Positions 1-12,734 of a stretch of 64,000 nucleotides of DNA are shown here, piece after piece. Position 1 is the stretch's first letter. Every line of letters starts with the position of its first letter. The position numbers were made by a program, and so were the translations under genes. The DNA comes from Negaprion brevirostris. Lineage: Eukaryota. The notes below the pieces were generated by a model. It made no database searches and was not told the DNA's origin. It saw only the letters and a program-made list of their open reading frames with translations. The stretch is from NCBI GenBank assembly GCA_030324005.1, contig JARDVH010000193.1, positions 48,629,444-48,693,443 of the forward strand, in the 5' to 3' direction.

Positions 1-124
1 CTCTCTTGCTCCCACCCACCCCCTTTCGTGAAAGTATGTTGTTACTTAGTTCAGGAAATAGTGGAAGAAAAAGCTAATGATTTTTTCAAATGCTTTGTCC
101 AAGTGTTTTGTTCTGACTCCACAG

Positions 125-237
125 AGGGGAATACATGGTCATATTATTGAGGCTCTGCAAGCAACAGCTGGGACTGAAAATGTTTCCATGACCACCGCTG
201 TCAGGAAGCAGCATGGAAAAGACGAATCATATCACAG
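125..237 (+). CDS. LDHD: LDHD coding exon 2 (113 nt), RGIHGHIIEALQATAGTENVSMTTAVRKQHGKDESYHR
   Basis: ccacag acceptor and gtaaga donor. Translation matches the LDHD N-terminal 'VREQHGRDES.H' motif. Phase joins exon 3. Confidence 0.93.
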
Positions 238-420
238 GTAAGAACTTTGGTTTCATGTTGGAGAATCCTGCCTCCACCCCACTAAAATCAAGCTCACGTG
301 ATTTGAACTTATAAAGGCTTCAATTGGAATCTTGCGTCATCCTCACTACCCTCTGCGAGGGCACTTTCTAGCACTCCGTGTCCCAGGGTAATTACCCTTT
401 CCCTAACTTAGAGTAAGTAT

Positions 421-731
421 GGGTGGCAGGATGGCACAATGGTTAGAACTGCTGCCTCTCAGAACCAGGGAACCAGGTTCAATTCCTGGTTTGGCCCACT
501 GTCTGTGCGGTGTCTGCCCATGTCTGTGTGTGTTTCCTCCAGGTGCTGCTGTTTCCTGCCACAGTCCAAGAAACATGCTGGTTAGGTGCATTGGCTATGC
601 TAAGTTCTCCCTCAGTGTAACCAAACAGGCACTGGAGTGTGGCGACTAGGGCATTTTCACAGTAACTTCATTCAAGTGTTAATGCAAGCCTACTTGTGAC
701 ACTGATAAATAACTTTAAAGAAATAAACTTA
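421..731 (+). mobile_element. HE1/V-SINE-like tRNA-derived SINE, tail type B (...cttgtgacactaataaataaacttta)
   Basis: A-box/B-box-like head (tggcacaatggttag...ggttcaattcc) and a core shared with about 20 copies in the window. Confidence 0.85.
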
Positions 732-2342
732 TTACCATATTTAACCACAACATATTGTAATAAATTTTAATTTTAAAACATACTCTATTTCTTAATCTGG
801 CCTGCATTAGAGTGTAAGAAAGTTAATTATGCACATTGTTCATGTAGTTTTTATTTTACTAAATTGAGAGGCTGTTTCTCACTTGTGTTCGGGGACTAGA
901 GGCAAGATTAGGAAGTCTGTTTATGCATTGATTTGTTGAGATCACAGTCTGAAATGGTGGTGGAAAATTCAATCATAACTTCCAAAAGGAACTTGGATCA
1001 ATATTAGATAGGCCATGGGGAATGGCAGGGAAATTGGACATTTTAAATATTTGTTCCACAGAACATGGTCATTGCTGGCTAGGGCAGCATTTTTCTTACC
1101 CACCGCTATCTGGATAACACAACTCAAGAGCAGCACCAGCACAATAGGCTGAATGCCCTGCTGCTGTGCTGTAATAATAGATTACCTCTGAAAGGGGCTT
1201 CTGCATTCATTATATCAATTTCATGTCATGTACACAGTAGGATAGGTCCTCTGATAGTCATAGGATTGAGTCATAGACTGAGTCTCTCAACTCTGTCATT
1301 AAAGCATGACATCCGGGGTATGTATGTTTCCATTTATATCTCCCAAAGACATAGCTTCATGGTTTGCATTGGTCAGTAAGTGGCCTTGATGAAGCTAGGC
1401 TTTAAGTGACAATCGTTTAACCCAGATGCTGCGGGTGTGTGATGATCAAGAAGTGTGCACTATGAGGTTGTTTCAGTTCAGGAGATAGATCATCATCTGT
1501 CCAAATGCCAGCTCACGCTGACCAGGTAAAAGAAGCTGCTTTTATCTTACGCCAGACCTGCACAATGGGTACCAGCTTCAAGTAACAATCCAGAAGGCAA
1601 TTCATTCAGGTAGGTGACCAGAGTGGTTTCTTTAGGACATATTTATTCTTCAGATGAACAGCACTAAAGCAGATGATCTGGTTGTTTCTCTGTTTTGTCT
1701 GTGGGTCCCTGCAGTAATACAAATTGGTTTTGGACATTCTAAGGTCATTAAGGGCACCAACTAATTGTAAATCTCCTTCTGCCTGCACGTTTATTTTAAG
1801 AGGCTGTCCTATTATCTGAAAAATGGCCCAAGCTGATTTTGTGGTCAGTATATTCCAGGCATTGCTGAGGTGTTGGGCATTAGTTCCTGAAATTGCATTT
1901 CATTGCCTTTGTTTAACGGCTTCCAAATAGGCAATGAGGGCCAATTGGGCCTTTATCTTCATCTTTTTATGATTTAGTGCTTTTACAGCAACTTCTTGCC
2001 ATTATAAAGTAGCTTTGATGCGAGTAAAACATCTTAAGGACACTGAGCCAAAGGAGATATTGGAATAATCAAAGGATGCATTAAAGTAGAGGAGGAGAAT
2101 GAGGAAAGGATTGTCAGAATGTGAGGCTTAGCCAACTAATTCTGTGTTATCAATACCAGGAATAATCACAGATTAAGGGCATGTTATCTGCTTTGTTTCC
2201 TGAGGCAACATTATTTTAGTTCCTCTTGCAGTGTAATATCTGTCAGTATGATAGGCTAGATAGCTTTGATTATTCTGCTCAGTATTGGGACATTGATCTG
2301 AAGAACCCACACATAATCCACAACGTTCTGTTCTATGTGAAG

Positions 2343-2484
2343 GTGCAAACCTCCTGACGTTGTCGTATGGCCACAGAATGTGGAACAGGTCAGCAGAATG
2401 GCTCGGATCTGTTTTGAGAACAATATTCCCATCATCCCTTTTGGTATGAGCACAGGGCTGGAAGGAGGAGTCCTTGCCGTGAAG
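2343..2484 (+). CDS. LDHD: LDHD exon 3 (142 nt), [47 protein letters not shown]; start of FAD-binding domain
   Basis: gtgaag acceptor and gtaggt donor. [14 protein letters not shown] and PIIPFG..TGLEGG motifs of LDHD. Confidence 0.96.
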
Positions 2485-2539
2485 GTAGGTGCTATTATAT
2501 TGTCCACAAAAATAAAGATCAATTTTCTTTCCTCCCTTT

Positions 2540-2824
2540 TTAGCACTGCTGCCTCATAGCGCCAGGGATCCAGGTTCAATTCCTGGTTTGGTCACTGTCT
2601 ATGCAGAGTCTACATGTTCTGTCCATGTCTGCATGGGTTTCCTCAGGGTGCTCCGCTTTCCCAGCACAGTCCAAAGATGTGCAGGTTAGGTGGATTGACC
2701 ATGCTAAACTCTCCCTCAGTGTACCCGAACAGATGCCAGAGTGTGGCAACTAGGAGGTTTTCACATTAACTTCATTGCAGTGTTAATGTAATCCTGCTTG
2801 TGATAGGAATATATAAACTTTAAA
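2540..2824 (+). mobile_element. HE1-like SINE, tail type B, 5'-truncated
   Basis: Aligns by eye to 421-731. Confidence 0.85.
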
Positions 2825-3550
2825 TGGTAGCCCACATAGCCCTACGTGGCATTATTTGATCGGTGAACATTAAGGCTTTGTTCTTTCCAGAAAGTTCCAG
2901 TGCCAAGAGAGGTCAGGATGGGGTCTAAAGTTGCATTGCTAGCTGGCCCAGGTTTTGTGGTGGATGCCATTTTAGTAAAGGAATTGAAACTAGTGCTGGT
3001 ACTGGCTTCCCTAAGAGTTGTTAATCTGATTGCCACTGAATTGCCAGTTAGCTTTCATTAAAGAACTTGCATTGTATTTTGGTAGCTATTACATGAACTA
3101 CAGCCCTCAATGACCAGCTAAGTGGGAGTTTTGCTGAGGATTCTTACGTAATTTTCAATGTTCACTTGCTGCTGGAGATTTGAAGCGGACTTTTAAAACA
3201 GCTTCAGGGGAGCTTGACGGGCACTTTACCAGGACCTCGCCAGCATTCTATCAATGTGTACCCCAGAATCTCTCTGAAAGTAGAAAGAGCGAGTGCTGTA
3301 CAACTTCATCTTATTGGCCACCTTGTAGGAATCAGTAGGTGAGTGGGAGTGCTTGGGTCATGGCCATCTTGCTGGGATCACCTTAGGTGTGTAGGAGGAA
3401 TGGTAGGAGGCCAGTCAGAACATCAGCGGCTCCTGCAGGACAGGGGAGAGGAGGCAAGATTCTCCTCTAGCCCTCCTCCACCAAGACCTTCAGTACTTCT
3501 GAGAACCTGTGTGTGTGCCTGCTTCCTGAAACATGCTGTTATGCACTCCT

Positions 3551-3692
3551 GATTTGATTTGATATATCATTGTCACATGTATGAGTATACAGTGAAAAGT
3601 ATTGTTTCTTGCGTGCTATACAAACCATACTGTCCATAGAGAAGGAAAGGAGAGAGTGCAGAATGTGGTGTTGCAGTCATAGCTAAGGTGTA
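3551..3692 (-). mobile_element. LINE 3'UTR fragment (Rex1/Babar-like) with (atcaa)n tail
   Basis: Reverse complement of 4030-4165. Also similar to 60080-60240. Confidence 0.55.
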
Positions 3693-4029
3693 AATAGTTA
3701 GGGTGAAAATGGTGTGTGGAATCTGTGTACACTGAAGCATAGAAGTTGCTTCAAATCTGGGCTTAAGTGCTAGCTGTTTGCTTTAGCACCTCCAAGCAAG
3801 TTCAGTCTAAGGTAAAAACAATTAGGCCCAAATTGTGTGTTAATACTTTCAGTCATGTCATATTGAGACAGCCTCTATTTTACCCTTTCAACAAAATAAA
3901 CCCCTAACTAAAAGTATAATTTCATTATAAAATTCCACAGATTCACGCAAACTGAGCCCAGCATTCCTTCTAATTGTATATTTTACTCTCGTTCTATGCT
4001 TCTAATACTTCATTCTAATTCTTTTAAAC

Positions 4030-4165
4030 TCTCTCTACACCCTAGCTATGACTGTAACACTACATTCTGCACTCCTTTCCTTCTCTATGTACGGTATATT
4101 TTGTATAGCACGCAAGAAACAATATTTTCCACTGTATACTAATACAATAATAAATCAAATCAAAA
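4030..4165 (+). mobile_element. LINE 3'UTR fragment (Rex1/Babar-like)
   Basis: ctatgactgtaacactacattctgcac...aataataaatcaaatcaaa; present in several copies in the window. Confidence 0.55.
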
Positions 4166-5062
4166 TTATTAGAATAGAATCGAATCCCCACAGAGCAGAA
4201 AGAGGCCATTCGGCCCACCGAGCCTGCTCGACAACAATCCCACCCAGGCCTTATCTCCATAAACCCATGTCAGGGCCGGCATCTATGTCATGTGGTGTGG
4301 TGTCCAATACTGAAGCCAGGACTGCAGATGAGCTCTGACTAAGGCTCCGTGTAACTATAGGATCACTTTTGTATTCCAACCTCCTTGAAATAAAAGCCAA
4401 TGACATTCCATTGGCCTTTCTGATTACTTTAGGTACGTGTGAATTTGGTTTAGTGATTTGTGTATCAGAAGACCTTTGCTCCGTACAGTCAGATTATCAG
4501 CTTCCTTCCCAACAGTTACTGGGAACTGAAGGAAAAACAGTCAGCCCTCAGCATTGGCCAACACTCTGTAACCATAGCAACACACTCCATCTAGGCTCCC
4601 ACTCTTTGTAAAATTACTGCGTAAACAGATCCCTTTTGTCTTCAGATAAGCTCATTATATTCAATAAATAAGAAAAATCTCTCACTTTCCTTATTGTGCC
4701 TCAATGAATAAAATATATTCTGTCCTTGATGTGGACTTCACTGAATTAAAATGAAATGGATTCCTACAGAAGCTGTTATCATAAAGTAACGGCTTCCAGA
4801 ACTTTCTGGTGACTGATGTATTCTATCCGGACAGCTTCCACCCCAATGAATGAGTGCTTTAGTTGCTGCTGTGGAACCTCAATTTTGTACAAGAACAGTT
4901 TCCCATGACACCAGGACAATAACGCTCCGCTGAATAAATTGCTTATTTCAACTTTTTAAGTAAATGGAATGAATTTACAACATGTAAGTCTGGATGTTGT
5001 AATGGTGGATGGATCGGGTTACATTCATTACTCTCATGAATGACTATTTGCTTTCTCACCAG

Positions 5063-5204
5063 GGAGGTGTGTGCTTTGATCTCACCAAGATGGATAAAGT
5101 TGTGGAGCTGAATACGCTAGACTTTGACGTGACAGTTGAACCAGGTGTCACCAGGAAAGGCCTCAATGAATACCTTCGAGGCAGCGGCCTCTGGTTTCCA
5201 ATTG
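5063..5204 (+). CDS. LDHD: LDHD exon 4 (142 nt), [47 protein letters not shown]
   Basis: caccag acceptor and gtaagg donor. Lies within ORF 5009..5275. [17 protein letters not shown] motif. Confidence 0.97.
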
Positions 5205-5472
5205 GTAAGGTTGGTGGAATTGGGCCCAAGACACTGACCCTTAGGGTCAGCAGCTTGAGACACTTGACCTTGTGAGGTTGTTAGCAATCTGTAGAATGGA
5301 AAAACATTCCAATGAACTCTCCCCCCACCCCCCTTCACCCCCAACCCGTCATAAGATTTATCTTGTGTACCCTAACTCACACCAAGTTCCATTCACCCCT
5401 CACTCCTTCCTCACTGACCTCGATTGGCTCCTGTTCACCAACACCTCAAATTTGAAATTCGCATTCTTGTGT

Positions 5473-5798
5473 TCATAGAATCCCTACAGTGCAGAAGGAG
5501 GCCATTCGACCCATTGAGCCTGCACCTACAACAATCTCACCCAGACCATATCCCTATAACCCCACATATTTATCCCGCTAATACCTCTAACTTATGCATC
5601 CCGGAACACTAAGGGACAATTTAACATGGCCAATCAACCTAACCTGCACATCTTCGGGAGGAAAGCAGAGCACCTGGAGGAAACCCATGCAGACATGGGG
5701 AGAACATGCAGACTCGGCACAGACAGTGACTGGGAATCAAAGCCAGATCCCTGGAGCTGTGAGGCAGCAATGCTAACCACTGTGCCACCGTCTACCAC
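5473..5798 (-). mobile_element. HE1-like SINE, tail type A (CR1-derived ...tgcactgtagggattctatga)
   Basis: Full-length reverse copy of the window's dominant SINE. Confidence 0.88.
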
Positions 5799-6189
5799 CT
5801 TATTCATCTCTGTAATTTCCTCTGCCCCTAACAACGCTCCTAGATAGCTGCATTCTTCCAAGCCTCATATCTTGTGCACTCCCGACTTCCATTGCCCCAC
5901 CATTTGACAGCCCTACCTTCATTAGCTCAGCCTTAAGCACTGGGATTCCTGCCCTGAACCTGTCTCTCTCCCTCTCTCTCTCTCATTCCATAGACACTCA
6001 TTAATACCTATTTCTTTGATAAAGCTACTGGTCAGCTTTCCTACTGTTTCCTTTAGCCTGGTGTCAGTTCTGTTTGGTCCTAGACCAGAATCTCAAGTTA
6101 CATGAGGAGGCCAAACTAGGCAAACAATTTTTCTGTTTTGGCATAAACATGAGGAAAGGATACTTCCTTCCAGGAATGATTCCACTGAC

Positions 6190-6501
6190 AAAGTAAAGTT
6201 CAAAGTATTTTTTTGTTATTTATTATTGTTACAAGTAGGCTTACACTAACACTGCAATGAAGTTACAGTGAAAATCGTCTACTCGCCACACTTCTGCAGC
6301 TGTTCAGGTATGTTGAGGGAGAATTTAGCATGGCCTAAGCACCTAACCAGCACGTCTTTCAGACTGGGGGAGGAAACCGGAGCACCCAGAGAAAATCCAC
6401 CCCCTGTCATAGGGAAAAGATACAGACAGCGACCCAAGCTGGGAATCAAACCCAGGTCCCCAGCACTGTGAGGCAGTAACTACTGTGCCACCATGCCACC
6501 C
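6190..6501 (-). mobile_element. HE1-like SINE, tail type B
   Basis: Reverse complement of the 421-731 family. Confidence 0.85.
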
Positions 6502-8030
6502 AAGTAGGGATCTTTTATAGTAAAACAAACTTTTCTTAATAACACAGTTTAAATATAACTCTAACAAATGACACAGTTCAACTAACATGATGACACTGTG
6601 CTTTGAGGAAATGTATATCATGTTTCTTGTGAGGGGTATGTTTAAAATTCAGCTCTGGTTTACCTGGAGCCGATCTGTCTGGAAACCAGGCAGCTCCATG
6701 CTGAGAACGCAGGGGAATAATCGATCCTATGTAAGAAGTTTTAGCTTTAATCTGAGCTAATGTATTCTTGTTTATTTTTGTTTTTTCCCCCTGGAATTTA
6801 GAGTAGTATTTGATTAGTCTGATTGACAAGAGAGACAGTCTTCTGAATAGGAGGAGCTAAGCTTACAGGAATAGAACAGTTTAGTTTCTGCTTGATCCTG
6901 AAAGAAGCAAGAGGTGTCTCCCTCCCTCTGTCATCTCTCTCTCTATCTCCCTGTCTCTGTCTCAGAGCTTTCAGAGAGATATGGTGAAGAAAGAGAGAGA
7001 GAGTTCTCAGGAACTTCCTGCACATGTCTCTGTCTTCTGCAGAGCTGCACTCCAAAACTAGATGCAAAAACCCCATTCTGTCTGAGTTCTGCTCATTATC
7101 ATATGACCCTGTCAATCAACTACCCAATGGATCTTTTGATATAAGCAAAAATCCATCCACTGTATGAAAGTAACAAATTCCTAGCTGAAATGTGTAATTA
7201 ACTTGCCTTTACAGCCTGGGGCTAAATGTTTTCCAGACACACTGATTGCCTGCAGAAAATAAATCTGAAATTTTAAACATTCCACTTAAACAAGACAATC
7301 AATATATATATAAAAATATATATCAATCACAGTCTAATTGTCTGATTGTGTGAAATGCCTCAAGATGTTTTATTATATTACAGACCCTGCAAACAAGCCA
7401 GTTGCTGTTGCATGCTCATGGAAATGCCAGTTTCTGAGTGATAACTAAGTTGTTGTGTTAGTCATGAGGGAGCGCTGTGCTTCCCAGTTCAGCCAAGTTG
7501 AAAGCTAGAGAAAGAGAGAAACACAAGCTGGAGCAGCATCAGCAGACACCCCTGGGGCATGTGACATGGCCACACTCTCTGAAGAGGTCACGCCTTAGTG
7601 CAATGGGGCAACTGACCACAATGACTGGTGTCATTGATGTAAATAGATGATGTAAATAGAATCGCCTGTGGTTAAGGTGACCTGGAGGTACAGTCAGTGT
7701 CGAGTTATTTGTTGTCTGGCTTTTATGTCCAGTGGGGAATAGAGTAGAGAAAGCCAAAAGTTATTTAAACAATTGTGAGGAAAGGAATATAAATAGATTT
7801 AATCCTAGAAAAGCACATCTTCTAAAAAGCAGGCTGTTATTAGGATCAGACTAAGTGGTGGAAATCTTGACAGAGCAGCACATCTTTCATGTTGATATTT
7901 GCAGAGTCTGATGCCACCTACAGGAAGCTCCACTTTCCTCAAGCTGTTGATGTAAACTCAGTCTGAAAGTCATTGTAAGCAAACAGCCCAGCACCAGCAG
8001 CTGCAGCACCACCTGAATCAATGCTATGTC

Positions 8031-8400
8031 ATGACTGAACTTGTCCTGGTTAACATGACTGAAGTTACCTTGGTTACCATGACTGAAGTTGCCCTGGTTA
8101 CTGTGATTCAACTTGTCCTGTTTACAGTTACTGAAGTTGCCCTGGTTACCGTGACTCAAGTTGCCCTAGTTACTGTCTTGCCCTGGTTACCATGACTGAA
8201 GTTACCCTAGTTACTGTCTTGCCCTGGTTACCGTGACGGAAGTTGCCCTGGTTACCGTGACGGAAGTTACCCTGGTTACCATGACAGAGGTTGCCCTGAT
8301 TACTGTTACTGAAGTTGCCCTGGTTACCGTGACCGAAGTTGCCCTGGTTACTGTCTTGCTCTGGATACCATGATTGATTTTGCTCTGGGTACTGTTACTG
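8031..8400. repeat. 24-bp minisatellite (GACTGAAGTTGCCCTGGTTACCAT) with shorter variant units
   Basis: Directly visible tandem units; they produce the SHGNQGNF repeats in ORF 7887..8159. Confidence 0.9.
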
Positions 8401-8522
8401 CTGTTCTTAGTTTGTAAGTTGGACTTGTATAAGTGAGAAATTGTCTTTATAGCGAGAACTGAGCTACACTCACTGGAGAAGACTTTCTATCCTCCTGTAC
8501 CTCCCGAGTTACTGCAATGTAA

Positions 8523-8828
8523 GAGGCTGGGAGGATTGGATACGGAGGCTGGGAGGATTGGATACGGAGGCAGGGGAGGATTGGATACGGAGGCTGGGAG
8601 GGATTGGACACGGAGTCTGGGAGGGATTGGACACGGAGTCTGGGAGGGATTGGACACNNNNNNNNNNNNNNNNNNNNNNNNNNNNNNNNNNNNNNNNNNN
8701 NNNNNNNNNNNNNNNNNNNNNNNNNNNNNNNNNNNNNNNNNNNNNNNNNNNNNNNNNCGGAGGCTGGGAGGGATTGGACACGGAGGCTGGGAGGGATTGG
8801 ACACGGAGGCTGGGAGGGATTGGATACA
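8523..8828. repeat. 22-23 bp G-rich minisatellite (CGGAGGCTGGGAGGGATTGGACA) spanning an assembly gap
   Basis: Tandem units on both sides of N run 8658-8757. Confidence 0.92.
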
Positions 8829-8994
8829 GAGCTTCTGCTGGTGCTTCTATATAACAGTCCCTGTGGGAGACGTGAGAGATTGTTCATGGAAAGATTTCCT
8901 CCTTGTCCATTGTCAATCCACTTCCCTACCTAGCTTAGACTAAAACTGAGAATTGAGCACACGGAGAACAAAGTGCTTGAATGTTATATATTGT

Positions 8995-9305
8995 GGTTGG
9001 GTGGCACAGAGTTTAGCACTGCTGCCTTACAGCTCCGGGGACCTGGGTTCGAATCCCGGAGTTTGTCACATTCTCCCCTGTCTGTGTGGGTTTCCTCTGG
9101 GTGCTCCGGTTTCCTCCCACAGTCCAAAGATGTGGGGGTTATGTGCACTGGCCATACGAAATTGCCTGTTAGTGTCCCAGGATGCATAGGCTAGAGGGAT
9201 TAGTGGGGTAAATATGTGGGGTTTCAGGGATCGGGCCGAGGTGGGATTGTTGTCGGTGCAGACTCGATGGGCTGAATGGCCTGTTTCTGCATTGCAGAGT
9301 TTCTG
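8995..9305 (+). mobile_element. HE1-like SINE, tail type A
   Basis: B-box ggttcgaatccc plus shared core and tail. Confidence 0.85.
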
Positions 9306-9309
9306 TGGT

Positions 9310-9912
9310 GAGGGATTGAATACAAAAGATGGGAGGTTATGATTCAGTTGTACAGGGACCAGTGAGACCACATCTGGGGGATTGTGTACAGTATTGGTTA
9401 CTGTAAGTAAGGAAGGATGTAAGTGTGTTGGAAGCAATGCAGTGAAGATTTACGAGACTAATACCAGGAATTGGTGGGTTGTTTAATGAGGAAAGGTAGG
9501 ACAGACTAGGCTTGTCTCCACTGGAGGTTAGAAGAATAAGAGGTGTCTTGACTGAAACATATAAGATCCTGAGGGGTATTGACAGGATTGATGTGGAAAG
9601 GATGTTTCCACTTGTGGGAGAATCTCAAATTAGGGGTCACTGTTTAATAATAAGAGGGTCGCCCATATAAAATGGAGATAAGCTGAAATATTTTCACTGA
9701 GGGTTGAGAGTTTCTAGAACTCTCTGTCTGAAAAGGCGGTGGAAGCAGAGACGGATTGGTTCTTGGTAAGCAAGAGGGTGATTCGTTATCAGGTAAAGGC
9801 GGAATCCAGATTTGAGGTTACTATCAAATCAGCCAGGACCTTATTAAATGGTGGAGGAGGCTCAATGGGCCAAATGGCCTACTCCTGCTCCTAGTTTGTA
9901 TGTTTGTATGCA
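9310..9912 (+). mobile_element. CR1 LINE 3' end fragment
   Basis: Decayed ORF2 C-terminus and a typical 3' end 'aatggcctactcctgctcct...gtatg' repeat tail. Confidence 0.8.
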
Positions 9913-10104
9913 TGATCCTGCAGGCTGATGTGGCATTGTAGTGCATTGCAGTGTGACTTCAATCATCTAACACTTATTTGACATTATTCCATTGTTATGA
10001 GTACAAGTACAGAGTGTGTTTGGAACTGTGAATTCCTGTTTATGTAAAGCGAGTATTTTCCTTGGAACTTGATCCTGTGACATCATTTGTGACTGCGCCC
10101 ATGA

Positions 10105-10765
10105 AAGGTGGTCGCTCTTGACCTCTCAGCCATGTTTGGCCATTCTGTCCTCCTCCTTCTCCCTCAGGTCACATCATGTCCCACCTCCACAGTCTTCACT
10201 TGGTTCACTCTGACTCTTCCAAAGTTTCCATCAAACCTTCAGAAAAGGCTTCTTTTCCCACCCCGCAGTTATCTTGGCTGTCCTCCAAGCTCTCACTCTT
10301 GGCCCTATCTATTCCTTGTTGAAATGTTACATTGGTGACATGGTCAATAGGCCTGAGTTTGCTGGTCACACCCAGCTCCCATCCACTGGCCTTCACCATC
10401 AGAGCAGCCACTTCTGCCTGATGTCAGGCTGTGGATGAGTTAACTCTCTGTTGTTTGGTATCAGCAGGAGGAGGATACCCATACACTGACATCCTCACCA
10501 ATGACTCCTGTTCTGCTGGACTCTAATATCTCCATCCTCCCCTGCTCTGTTATACATTGCTCTTACCCTCACCAATCTCTAATAGTTCACTGTTTTAACA
10601 CTTTAAATTCGGACTCCTTTAACAAATCCTACCATGGTCTTTCCCAAGTATCTGCTTTCTTCCCCAGCTTCATATTCCTGCACAAACCTTCTACTCATCT
10701 ACATCTTCCTCATGCTATCGGTTCCACCACTGGTGCCAGAGCCTCCAGCCATCTGGGGCCTATGC
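10105..10765 (+). mobile_element. Highly decayed L2-like LINE reverse transcriptase fragment
   Basis: LDLSAMF resembles the L2 RT motif LDLSAAFD; pyrimidine-rich decayed coding texture. Confidence 0.55.
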
Positions 10766-10825
10766 TATGTGCACCTTCCCATGGGTAGCAATCTTGTCTC
10801 TGAATCAAGAGGTTGTAAGTTTAAG

Positions 10826-11095
10826 CACCGTGGCACAGTGGTTAGCGCTGCTGCCTCACAACGCCAGGGACCTGGGTTCGATTCCTGGCTCAGGTCACTG
10901 TCTGTGCAGAATCTGCACCTACTCCTCATGACTGCGNNNNNNNNNNNNNNNNNNNNNNNNNNNNNNNNNNNNNNNNNNNNNNNNNNNNNNNNNNNNNNNN
11001 NNNNNNNNNNNNNNNNNNNNNNNNNNNNNNNNNNNNNNNNNNNNNNNNNNNNATATTAATATAAGCCTAATTGTGACACTAATAAATAAACTTGA
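10826..11095 (+). mobile_element. HE1-like SINE, tail type B (gapped), nested in an older DeuSINE-like relic (~10780-11530)
   Basis: Head lies before N run 10937-11052 and the type-B tail after it. Confidence 0.75.
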
Positions 11096-11747
11096 AAAAA
11101 GACTAAACACTCACAGCAAGTGCAGGCTTGGCTGACAGTCGTGCATTGCTGATGGAATACCATACTGTTGGTGAGCAGCTACCTTTAGATTAGATGCTAA
11201 ACATAATGTCTTTCCTCTCAAAGGATATCACAGATTCCACAACACTGCTTAAAGAAAACTGGAAGAGCGCTCCCGGTTCTGAGCAATAGTTATCCCACAG
11301 CCAGAAGAGGTTATTGCTATCTCATTTGCAGAGCTATGGGAAAGAAGATGGAAGACTCAGCGTGGGCATAATGGGCTGAATGGCCTCCTTCTGTGCTATA
11401 TGATCTCATTACTGTGTCAACTGCAATATTTTCCTACTTCGTAATGGTGACTGCCGCTCAAAGAGCACTTCACCATCCAGGATTTGGGGCATTATGAGAT
11501 TGTAAAAGGCATGAATACAAGTTCTTCTTTAGAACGGACCATAGTACTATCTTTACACTGTGCAGTGACACAGGAGACTGACCAGGAATTAGACAGACAT
11601 TTCAAAATACACCCGACAGTTTGTACAAAATTACCAACAAATCACAGGTTAACTATTTTAAACCAGGACCCAACAAGCCAGCAATCAGCTTTTCATGGAC
11701 CTCAGGACATACCTGCTGATCTCAGAGGCTTAAAAGAAACAGAAAAT

Positions 11748-12064
11748 GGCATGGTGGCACAACGGTTGGCACTGTTGCCTCACAGCGCCAGGGACCCGGG
11801 TCCAGTTCTAGCCTTGGGTCACTGTCTGTGTGGAATTTGCACGTTCTCCCCATGTCTGCATTGGTTTCCTCTATATGCTCCAGTTTCCTCCCACATTCCA
11901 GTGATCTGCAGGTTAGGTTGATTGGCCATGTTAAATTGCCCCCGAGTGTCGGGGATTAGCAGTGTAAATATGTGGGGATTCAGGGATAGAGTCTGGGTGG
12001 GATTGTTGTTGGCGCAGGCTAAATGGGCTGAATAGCCTCTTTCTGCACCTTAGGGATTCTATGA
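11748..12064 (+). mobile_element. HE1-like SINE, tail type A
   Basis: Full head, core and tail. Confidence 0.88.
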
Positions 12065-12734
12065 GTCTAAGATTTACACAGAGTGTTAGCCAGATAACAG
12101 AATAAGACAGTTGTGGGAATAAGACAAATTTACTGACTTGCAGAGTGGCACTCTCCATTGGCTTTGGGTAGGATGTTACAAGCCTCAGGTGGGTGAGGTG
12201 GTAAAATTCGGGCAGTTGTGTGTGAGAGATGGTATAATAACAAAGAACAAAGAAAAACACAACACAGGAGACAGGCCCTTCGGCCCTACAAGCCCATGCT
12301 GCCCATTTTAACACTCAGTGAGTGCCTCATTCCAATCCTCCTTCTACCTACAACTTTTGTCTATGCCTCTTGGACTCTGCAATACCAATCAGCCTAAAAG
12401 CTGATTGGAGTGTGGGAGGAAACCGGAGTACCAGGAGAAAACCCACGCAAGCACGGGGAGAATGTGCAAACTCCCACAGACACCGACCCAAGTCGGAGAT
12501 CCGACCCAGGTCCNNNNNNNNNNNNNNNNNNNNNNNNNNNNNNNNNNNNNNNNNNNNNNNNNNNNNNNNNNNNNNNNNNNNNNNNNNNNNNNNNNNNNNN
12601 NNNNNNNNNNNNNCGGGTTATCCCTCCTACCCTTTTTAAACAACGGTACCACGTTCACTATCCTCCAGTCCTCTGGGACCTCACCTGTGTTCAGAGAAGA
12701 GACAAATATCCCAGTCCTGTCCCAGTGTCAGCCC

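Noticed and set aside
403-649. Many 60-150 aa ORFs with similar peptides (e.g. WVSSGCSGFLPQSKD)
   Set aside because: They are recurring translations of the same SINE, not a gene family.
7887-8943. Repetitive-peptide ORFs (SHGNQGNF, SNPSQPP) and a CRISPR-like periodic appearance
   Set aside because: These are translations of minisatellites, with no unique spacers and no splice or coding support, in a eukaryotic intron.
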